Shown piece by piece: positions 1-7,106 of a stretch of 34,868 nt of DNA; position 1 is the stretch's first letter, and each line of letters opens with the position of its first letter. The position numbers were made by a program, and so were the translations under genes. This DNA comes from an uncultured Planctomycetia bacterium. Its GTDB lineage: Bacteria; Planctomycetota; MHYJ01; CAYXQY01. The notes under the pieces are model-generated. The model had not been told where the DNA came from and made no database searches. It worked only from the letters and a program-made list of their open reading frames with translations. The stretch lies in the NCBI GenBank assembly GCA_964466525.1, contig CAYXQY010000002.1, positions 31,137 to 66,004 of the forward strand, given 5' to 3'.

Positions 1-105
1 GCCAGCATCGACGTGGGGATCGTACGCGACGAGGTCGTCGCCGGTCCCGCCGAGGAGTTCACTGAACCGCCGACCGATCGATCCAAAGGCCACGATGCCG
101 ATCGT
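1..105 (-). other. Fragment of a D-isomer-specific 2-hydroxyacid dehydrogenase gene (NAD-binding region) joined to hisIE; probable chimeric end
   Basis: Minus-strand translation of 105->1 is TIGIVAFGSIGRRFSELLGGTGDDLVAYDPHVDAG, matching the family Rossmann pattern T[LI]GI[VI]GxGxIG...[VL]xAYDP. The plus-strand translation here does not resemble HisI. Confidence 0.6.
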
Positions 106-579
106 ACAATTCGAGAGGCGGTGGACCGGCAACGGGGCGTATATCATTCCCGATCCCGGGGTCTGTGGATCAAAGGGGAGACCTCCGGGGCCACCCAGCA
201 GCTGATGGGTATTGACACGGACTGCGACCGCGACGCCCTTCGGTTCCGGGTTCGTCAGAAGGAACCGGGGTTCTGTCACACCGACTCCTGGAGCTGCTGG
301 GGCGAGGACTGGCATCTGCAGGAACTTGAACGGATTATCCAGTCGCGACAACGGAATGCCCCGGACGGCTCGTACACGAAAAAGCTGTTTGAAAACCCGG
401 AGCTCCTGCAAAGCAAACTGGTTGAGGAAGCCCGGGAGCTGGCGGAGGCGAGTTCTCCCGGGGACGTCCGCTGGGAAGCTGCGGATCTGATGTATTTTCT
501 GCTTACCTCAATGGCCGAGCAGGATGTAACGCTTGCCGACGTCGAAGAGGAATTAAAAAAACGGCATCGGAACGGGTGA
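106..579 (+). CDS. hisIE: Bifunctional phosphoribosyl-AMP cyclohydrolase / phosphoribosyl-ATP pyrophosphohydrolase (5'-truncated)
   Basis: HisI motifs SRSR..LWIKGETSG, DCDRDAL, GFCH..SC; HisE motifs GSYTKKL, KLVEEARE, EAADLMY. HisI-like sequence begins only at about 106. Confidence 0.9.
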   Translation, partial: TIREAVDRQRGVYHSRSRGLWIKGETSGATQQLMGIDTDCDRDALRFRVRQKEPGFCHTDSWSCWGEDWHLQELERIIQSRQRNAPDGSYTKKLFENPELLQSKLVEEARELAEASSPGDVRWEAADLMYFLLTSMAEQDVTLADVEEELKKRHRNG

Positions 580-673
580 TTGGCCGAAAAACGAAGCAAC
601 AAATGTTTCTGCATCAGAAGATATGCTATTAATGAAAACTTTACACAGATATTTTATATTAATGGCTTTTAAC

Positions 674-701
674 TTGACATGACTGTTAATTTTTGTATAA
701 T
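674..701 (+). promoter_or_regulatory. Sigma70-type promoter for folK-panC
   Basis: Perfect TTGACA (674-679), 16-nt spacer, TATAAT (696-701), with AT-rich upstream DNA. Confidence 0.75.
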
Positions 702-793
702 TTCACATTCATATTATTCGGACTGAGATTATTATGTCGAGTGGTTGCTTTCCGTGTTCGCAAGCAGGTATTTCAGCCTGATCCCGGAGGTCG

Positions 794-1264
794 ATGAATT
801 CCAGAGAGGTTGTTTTTATTGGTCTGGGAAGTAATATCGGAGATCGGAGAGGATATCTCGAACAGGCAATCACGTCCATTGGCCAACATGCGAACATCCA
901 GATTGAAAAACAGTCTTCGTTCATTGAGACCGAACCGGTCGGCGAACATCTGAACGCCCCCTTTTTGAACGGAGTGATCAAGTGTTGTACCTCACTTGAC
1001 CCGTTCGTTCTCCTCAACGAATTACAGCGTATCGAACAGGATCTCGGGCGCACTCAAAAAGGGACGAATCAACCTCGGACAATTGACCTCGATATTCTAT
1101 TTTATGGTCAGGAGATCTTGGAAACTTCAGAACTGGACGTACCTCATCCGAAGGCCCATCAGCGCGAATTCGTCCTTGGGCCCATGGTCGAGATTGAACC
1201 GGGGTTCAACCATCCGGTGCTGAATAAATCCATGAAAGAACTGTTTTCTTCGCTTTCAAATTGA
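794..1264 (+). CDS. folK: 2-amino-4-hydroxy-6-hydroxymethyldihydropteridine diphosphokinase
   Basis: IGLGSNIG, ETEPVG, FLNGV, PRTIDLDIL, VPHP, REFVLGP motifs; GGAGG RBS. Confidence 0.97.
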   Translation: MNSREVVFIGLGSNIGDRRGYLEQAITSIGQHANIQIEKQSSFIETEPVGEHLNAPFLNGVIKCCTSLDPFVLLNELQRIEQDLGRTQKGTNQPRTIDLDILFYGQEILETSELDVPHPKAHQREFVLGPMVEIEPGFNHPVLNKSMKELFSSLSN

Positions 1265-1285
1265 ATCAATTTGCTCTGAAATCTA

Positions 1286-2146
1286 ATGACGGAACTGATT
1301 AAGACGACGGAAAATATGCGAGAATGGTCGGAGAAACATCGATGTGAAGGGGATGAGGTTGGACTTGTCCCGACGATGGGGGCCCTGCACGAGGGACATA
1401 TGCGTTTAATTCGTGAATCCCTCGACCAGGACGACCAAACCATCGTCAGCATTTTCATCAACCCTCTTCAGTTTTCCCCGAACGAGGATTTCGACGACTA
1501 TCCCCGTCAGTTTGACGATGACATGGACCTCTGTGAATCCGCCGGGGTTGCTGCGGTTTTCAATCCGGAAGTATCCGAGTTCTACTCAAAAGGATTTGCC
1601 ACGTATATCGAACAGGAAGACCTCCCGGAGAAGCTATGCGGGGAAAGTCGTCCGGAGCATTTCCGGGGTGTGATGACGGTGGTCTGTAAGTTATACAACG
1701 CAACCACACCGCATCGAGCGTATTATGGCCAGAAAGATTATCAGCAGTATCTCATTGTGAAACGAATGACGGAGGATCTATCGTTCGGCATTGACCTGGA
1801 ACTCCTCGATACGGTGCGGGAGGAAGACGGACTCGCCGTTTCGTCACGAAACAAATATCTCTCACCGAAACAGCGTGAGGAAGCCCCTTGCCTTTACGAG
1901 GCCCTTCAGAAAGGGCGGGAGGCCATCAAAGACAAGATCCGGGATACCGACGAATTGTGTGATATCATGCGAGAACACATTGAGGAAAACAGCAGTGCGG
2001 ACATCGAATACCTGAAGGTATTACAGCCGGAGACCCTACAGGAGATGAAAGAGGTCCGCGGGGACGTGCTTATCGCGGTGGCGGCACAATTCGGGAAGGC
2101 CCGGCTCATAGATAACATCATCACCTCCCGGTATGACGATGAGTAA
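1286..2146 (+). CDS. panC: Pantoate--beta-alanine ligase
   Basis: VPTMGALHEGH, SIFINPLQF, GQKDYQQ, REEDGLAVSSRN, ARLIDN. Confidence 0.98.
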   Translation: MTELIKTTENMREWSEKHRCEGDEVGLVPTMGALHEGHMRLIRESLDQDDQTIVSIFINPLQFSPNEDFDDYPRQFDDDMDLCESAGVAAVFNPEVSEFYSKGFATYIEQEDLPEKLCGESRPEHFRGVMTVVCKLYNATTPHRAYYGQKDYQQYLIVKRMTEDLSFGIDLELLDTVREEDGLAVSSRNKYLSPKQREEAPCLYEALQKGREAIKDKIRDTDELCDIMREHIEENSSADIEYLKVLQPETLQEMKEVRGDVLIAVAAQFGKARLIDNIITSRYDDE

Positions 2147-2302
2147 TAGGACCAAAAATGAGGGGCCTCGGGGATCCGCAGTATGATGTTTACCGGGGGG
2201 TTATCCCGGGTCGGTATCCGAAGAAACCAGCAAGGATCGGGAGGGCAATAATTTGTCTCTCCAGGGTTAGATCTCCGGACGTCCCCGTTCTCGTGGAACG
2301 TC

Positions 2303-2521
2303 TTATTGATCGTCAAACTCAAACAGTTCTTTCGGTTCAACGTTCAGGACCTCCGCGAGTCGCTCGATCGTATCCAGGGAGGCCGCCCGCAATCCATGTT
2401 CGATTTTTGACGGGTATGTCTGGTCAATCTCCGCTTTCTTCGCCAGGGTCTTCTGGGTCACTCCCTTTTCCTGCCGAAGGGTCCTGAGCCGGTTGCCGAA
2501 TTTTTCGCGCAAATTAGCCAT
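2303..2521 (-). CDS. XRE-family helix-turn-helix transcriptional regulator (72 aa)
   Basis: MANLREKFGNRLRTLRQEKGVTQKTLAKKAEIDQTYPSKIEHG...SLDTIERLAEVLNV fits the HTH_3 pattern. ATG at 2521 preferred over the ORF-track start at 2572. Confidence 0.88.
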   Translation of the reverse strand: MANLREKFGNRLRTLRQEKGVTQKTLAKKAEIDQTYPSKIEHGLRAASLDTIERLAEVLNVEPKELFEFDDQ

Positions 2522-2587
2522 GGAGCTCGATAAGTTCAATGGAGTAAGTTCGCGTCTCGAGTAGTTGATCACTCACGAGGGCCGCCG

Positions 2588-2653
2588 ATTGAACATTCAA
2601 TTTTTCCATTTTCGATAAAATCGAATTATATACGATAAATATATATAATTTAA
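2588..2653. promoter_or_regulatory. AT-rich divergent promoter region with three palindromes (candidate operators)
   Basis: ATTGAA-CA-TTCAAT (2588-2601), TTCGAT-AAA-ATCGAA (2611-2625), AATTATATA..TATATAATT (2624-2650). TATAAT occurs on both strands (plus 2644-2649; minus 2630-2625). Confidence 0.5.
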
Positions 2654-2714
2654 ACCACACGTTATTTCCGCCCCTTTCGATCCCCAAACCGAACAAAGAT
2701 TTGCACCCAGTGAA

Positions 2715-2934
2715 CCATCCGGGGGGGATTTTTCCGGAGCGGATTGCTTTTCGTGGTTTTCTATGAATATAACGACTGCTCCGGAAACGATGAGGACCGT
2801 TTTCCCGGAAAACGGCTGGTTGTCGGATTTCTATGGTTATGATTCCCCTGCATAACCGCTTTCTCTGACATCAAATCTCCAGAACGTCTGTTCAACATCA
2901 GAAAATTGGACGTTGAGAACGGGATCCCGGATGG
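2715..2934 (+). ncRNA. Candidate structured non-coding RNA (multi-branch, family not recognised)
   Basis: Closing stem CCATCCGGG/CCCGGATGG encloses at least five further nested helices; the non-Watson-Crick positions read as G-U on the + strand. No convincing ORF. Confidence 0.4.
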
Positions 2935-2963
2935 AGTGAGGTATAGTTTCCGGCGGTCTTTTC

Positions 2964-2992
2964 TTGACGAGATCGTTATGAACAAGTAATGT
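2964..2992 (+). promoter_or_regulatory. Possible sigma70 promoter for DUF2752-selB
   Basis: TTGACG (2964-2969), 17-nt spacer, TAATGT (2987-2992). Confidence 0.35.
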
Positions 2993-3061
2993 AGATATGT
3001 AGTTGATACGTAACTGCGTTCGGTGGATCGTAATGTCTTATTTCATCGCGACATTCTGACG

Positions 3062-3529
3062 ATGACCCGAAGTAGTCCCGACCTCCAGCCGAGCGATTCG
3101 AAAACGTCTCCCTATCAAAAACGGTATTACGTAATCGGTCTTCTGTTTTCCTCTTTGCTCCTCGGCGTATCCGTGTGGCTCACACCTGAAGAAAAAGGGT
3201 ATGGAACCCATACACAGCTCGGGCTTCCGGAATGTTCGTTCAAACAGATGACCGGTGTACCGGGTCCCGGTTGTGGAACAACCACCTCCTTTGCCTATAT
3301 GTCCGACGGAGAGCCCGTAAAAGCCCTTCGTGCAAATCTGTTCGGCGTCGTGTTTTACCTGCTTGTGGTTCTGGGAGGGCTCGAAGCAGTGATTAATCTT
3401 TGTTTCGGAAGCGTCTCCGTCCTGACCTGGCTGGCGAAATACGTCAGGTTACGTCACCTCTATGTTGTTTTTGTCCTCTGGATTTTGTCCTGGATCTTGA
3501 AGCTTCACCTTATTGCCGGATCCATATGA
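3062..3529 (+). CDS. DUF2752-family membrane protein
   Basis: GYGTHTQLGLPECSFKQMTGVPGPGCGTTTSF motif plus several hydrophobic segments. Alternative GTG start at 3023. Confidence 0.75.
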   Translation: MTRSSPDLQPSDSKTSPYQKRYYVIGLLFSSLLLGVSVWLTPEEKGYGTHTQLGLPECSFKQMTGVPGPGCGTTTSFAYMSDGEPVKALRANLFGVVFYLLVVLGGLEAVINLCFGSVSVLTWLAKYVRLRHLYVVFVLWILSWILKLHLIAGSI

Positions 3530-3535
3530 TATCCC

Positions 3536-5485
3536 ATGGCCAAGAATATCCGATCCTTCGTGGTGGGAACCGCCGGGCATATTGACCACGGGAAAACGGC
3601 ACTCATTGAACAAATCACCGATGCGAATCCGGATCGACTTCCGGAGGAGCAGGAGCGTGACCTGACCATTGACCTCGGCTTTGCAGAATACGTCATGCCG
3701 GACGGTACGGAAGTGGGGATTATCGACGTACCCGGTCATGAACGATTCATTCGAAACATGGTCGCCGGCGCTACGGCCATGGACTTTGTCATCCTTGTTG
3801 TCGCCGCGGACGATGGCGTGATGCCCCAGACCCGGGAGCATCTACAGATCATGGAACTCCTCGATATACAGCGCGGTATTCCCGTCATCACCAAGATCGA
3901 CCTTGTTGAGGAGATTCTGGTCGAGGTTGTCGAAGATGAGATGCGGGATCTGCTCGAAAACACATTTCTGGAGGAGGTTCCCGTCTCACGAGTCTCGTCC
4001 AGAACGGGGCAGGGATTTGATCAATTCATCAAACGGTTCGAATCGTTCGTGAACGAGACCCCGGAACGTTCACCGAACGGAATATTTCGAATGCCCGTAC
4101 AGCGTTCATTTACCATCAAAGGGCTTGGGACGGTTGTAACCGGGGTGCCGGTATCGGGTTCCGTGGAGCGTGACGACGTACTGGAGGTGCTTCCGAATGG
4201 TACTTCGGGGCGTGTTCGGGGAATTCAGGCACATCATCGAGACATTGATCGTGGTTGTTCCGGGCATCGAACCGCTTTGAACCTTGCGGAGATCGATCAC
4301 GAGGAGGTAGAGCGTGGGGACCTTGTCTGCACTCCGGGTTTTGTCGAGCCGGGGACGGTGGTCGACGCTAAGTTCCACTTTGTTTCTTCCAGGGACGACG
4401 AAATCGAACACTGGGACCCCATCCGGCTGCACGTGGGGGCGGATGAATGTATCGGGCGAATCATTCCGCTTGAAGGTCCGGCCATCTCCAGCGGAGAAAC
4501 GACGTTCGTACAGCTCGAACTCGACAGACCGGTTGCGGCTGTCCCCGGAGATCCGTTCGTGTTACGAAAACAGTCTCCTATGATTACACTGGGGGGTGGG
4601 CGAATTCTCGCACTGCACAGTCAACGAAAAACCCGGTCGGACGACGAACACCTTTCAAAGCTGAAATCATTGTCCGAAGTCACCGGCCACTGGAGGGAAC
4701 ATGCTCGATGGCAGGCGGAAGATTACGGCGTGCATCCGTTCGGTTACGAGAACATCGCAAAAGCCTGTCACGTACAACCGGAAGACGTGAAGAAATGGGT
4801 GGACTCCAACCTGGATTCACTGGGATGGTTACAGGTTTCAGAGGGGCAATTCCTGTCTGAAAAAGGATTTCGTATAGCTCGGAAACGCATACAGGAGGCC
4901 CTGGATACATTTCACGCACGGAACCCGGTGCTGATCGGTCTGCCCAAGCACGATCTCCAGAATCGGACGGAATTGCAGCCACAGGTTTTGGACGTTGTTC
5001 TTTCATCTCTGGAAAAAGAGGAATCGATCACCTTCGAGAAGGAACACGTACGTCTTTCCAACCACAGTCTGGCACTATCGAACAAACTTACAGAAGCAAA
5101 GGAGCGAATTGAGGAAGCGTTAACGGAGGATCCCTTCAGTACCCCGTCTCTTTCAGAGCTTCGCCGGGCGGTACCTCAGGACCTTTCCAACCGGGAATTC
5201 CAGCAGCTCATGAAACGCCTCAAACAGGAAAAGGTTGTAATTGAACCTGAGGAGGGTGTGTTTTTCCATGACTCCGCGATCGAGGAGGCGATCGAACTGG
5301 TACGGACCCGGATCAAACAGGAGGGCTCCGTGGAAACCGGGGAGGTTCGAGATGCACTCGACACCTCTCGAAAGTACACGATTCCTCTTCTGGAACACAT
5401 GGATGATATCGGTATCACGTATCGCCGGGACAATCGACGCTACCTGGTTGATGATCGGGAATCCGGGGAGGAGTCCCCCGCGTAG
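3536..5485 (+). CDS. selB: Selenocysteine-specific translation elongation factor
   Basis: GTAGHIDHGKT, EEQERDLTIDLGF, DVPGHERF, TKID GTPase motifs; C-terminal winged-helix SRKYTIPLLEHMD. Confidence 0.97.
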   Translation: MAKNIRSFVVGTAGHIDHGKTALIEQITDANPDRLPEEQERDLTIDLGFAEYVMPDGTEVGIIDVPGHERFIRNMVAGATAMDFVILVVAADDGVMPQTREHLQIMELLDIQRGIPVITKIDLVEEILVEVVEDEMRDLLENTFLEEVPVSRVSSRTGQGFDQFIKRFESFVNETPERSPNGIFRMPVQRSFTIKGLGTVVTGVPVSGSVERDDVLEVLPNGTSGRVRGIQAHHRDIDRGCSGHRTALNLAEIDHEEVERGDLVCTPGFVEPGTVVDAKFHFVSSRDDEIEHWDPIRLHVGADECIGRIIPLEGPAISSGETTFVQLELDRPVAAVPGDPFVLRKQSPMITLGGGRILALHSQRKTRSDDEHLSKLKSLSEVTGHWREHARWQAEDYGVHPFGYENIAKACHVQPEDVKKWVDSNLDSLGWLQVSEGQFLSEKGFRIARKRIQEALDTFHARNPVLIGLPKHDLQNRTELQPQVLDVVLSSLEKEESITFEKEHVRLSNHSLALSNKLTEAKERIEEALTEDPFSTPSLSELRRAVPQDLSNREFQQLMKRLKQEKVVIEPEEGVFFHDSAIEEAIELVRTRIKQEGSVETGEVRDALDTSRKYTIPLLEHMDDIGITYRRDNRRYLVDDRESGEESPA

Positions 5486-5542
5486 CGAGGTAATTCCATT
5501 CCCATTTCGGATCGGCTACCCGTGTGGCGAATTCATTCAGAA

Positions 5543-6256
5543 TTACTCGGGCGGCTGGAACGGACGCATTTCAACGTAGCTGGTATGTGCGTTCTGCCGT
5601 CCGCGGAGGAGGTCGACAACCGTTTTACCGATGTCTTCAGGGTGAAGGGCCCAGTCCGATTTCTCCTCGTCGTCGAAGTCCGTATGCACTGAGCCCGGAG
5701 CGATGGAATGTACTTTAATCCCGTTTTGCCGTTCCTCAAGCATCAGACACTCCGCCAGGGCGTTCAAACCAAATTTTGACGCACAGTAAGCGGAAGCAGA
5801 TTCAAACGTATTTTTTCCGGCAAGCGACGAAAGAAAAAATACGAAACCGGTTCGATCCGATTTTTCGAGTTCCGGCAGGGCTTCCTGTGTCATGTGAAAC
5901 GATCCGGTAAGGTTCACTTCCAGCGTTTGCTTCCATTCCTGCGGGTCCATTTCCCGAACGGACGCGAACGTACCGATTCCGGCGTTATTCACGAGGATAT
6001 CCAGCTGGCCGAAGCTCTCGGTCGTCTCCTGGACAAATCGATGGCAATCCTCACGATCGGATACGTCGGCTTCAACGTAGTGAACCGTTCCAGACGCGTT
6101 TTTTCGCAGTTTTGCGGCTGCCTCTTTTAAATCCGTCTTCGAACGAGAGCAGATCGAAACGTCCACTCCATTCTGTGAAAGTTGTTCAGCAATTGCGAAT
6201 CCGATGCCGCGTGAGCCACCGGTAACGGCAGCTGAAAGATGCTGGAGATCATTCAT
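5543..6256 (-). CDS. Short-chain dehydrogenase/reductase (SDR)
   Basis: TGGSRGIG, NNAG, S..YCASK. GAGGTG RBS favours ATG at 6256 (alternative GTG at 6265). Confidence 0.93.
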   Translation of the reverse strand: MNDLQHLSAAVTGGSRGIGFAIAEQLSQNGVDVSICSRSKTDLKEAAAKLRKNASGTVHYVEADVSDREDCHRFVQETTESFGQLDILVNNAGIGTFASVREMDPQEWKQTLEVNLTGSFHMTQEALPELEKSDRTGFVFFLSSLAGKNTFESASAYCASKFGLNALAECLMLEERQNGIKVHSIAPGSVHTDFDDEEKSDWALHPEDIGKTVVDLLRGRQNAHTSYVEMRPFQPPE

Positions 6257-6266
6257 GATGATCACC

Positions 6267-6968
6267 TCACGTTAGAAGTTTTCGAGGGATCTGAATATCG
6301 ACAATCTGAAGTGTACCAACATACTCGATTGCTTCATCCCGGACAAGCCCTTGTTTCGGAGCTCCAAGCGTTACGGTGAGATACGCCTCCACGGCCTCCC
6401 CGAGGGGTTTTCCCGTGTCCGAATCCAGTCCGGACGGCACATCCACCGATAGAATGGGGTATAACAAATCATTCATCGACCGTATCAGCTCGTCGTAGGG
6501 CGATCGCACCTCCGACGATAAGCCGGTACCGAACAGGGCGTCAATCAACACGACCGAAGCCTCCGAATCCGGCAACCAGTTCTCCGGTTGACCGGGATCG
6601 ACCTCGTGCAAGGGTACGTCGTAGTGCTCCAGGAGCTGCAGGTTTTTTCCGGCCTCACCTTCTGATTTTCCGTTTTCAACGGAACCCGTGTAAAACACAG
6701 TCACATCCTCAATGCAGTTCAGGTTCTGCAGGTGTCGTGCTGCGACGAGCCCATCCCCGCCATTGTTCCCTTTTCCGGCAACCACACACACTCGCTCGAG
6801 GCTTCTGGATTGTAAAAGCTCCAGCCCCGCTTCAGCAACGGCGTGGCCGGCATTCTCCATCAACAGCAGGGCCGGAATTTCGAGATCTTCGATGGCACGG
6901 CGGTCAATCTCCTGCATTTCCTCCCGACTGACCGGTTCTGGCGTCTGATAATTTGTATGATATAGCAT
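6267..6968 (-). CDS. nnrE: NAD(P)H-hydrate epimerase (YjeF N-terminal domain, stand-alone)
   Basis: LLMENAG, GKGNNGGDG, IDALFGTG, SVDVPSG, DIQIP. Confidence 0.93.
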   Translation of the reverse strand: MLYHTNYQTPEPVSREEMQEIDRRAIEDLEIPALLLMENAGHAVAEAGLELLQSRSLERVCVVAGKGNNGGDGLVAARHLQNLNCIEDVTVFYTGSVENGKSEGEAGKNLQLLEHYDVPLHEVDPGQPENWLPDSEASVVLIDALFGTGLSSEVRSPYDELIRSMNDLLYPILSVDVPSGLDSDTGKPLGEAVEAYLTVTLGAPKQGLVRDEAIEYVGTLQIVDIQIPRKLLT

Positions 6969-7106
6969 GGATCCAAGAACGTTTGATAACAGGGAATGGA
7001 TAAAAAATTGAGGATTGAAGCGAGATCCTGGTCGCCTTGAGGATCGGATAAAAATAACGTGCTTACCTTATCACCTTACCCTTCTTCTCTGATGTACTCA
7101 TCAAAA

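Noticed and set aside
1-20. GCATCGACGTGG shared with the MITE interior near 25243
   Set aside because: Only a 12-nt match, in a region better explained as a dehydrogenase gene fragment; likely chance.
2205-2235. CCGAAGAAACCAGC resembling the SRP RNA core
   Set aside because: No CAGG..GNRA..AGCAG helix and no long SRP stem.
2788-2820. CGATGAG followed by a hairpin, resembling a hammerhead ribozyme core
   Set aside because: It lacks CTGA at the 5' side and GAAA after the stem.
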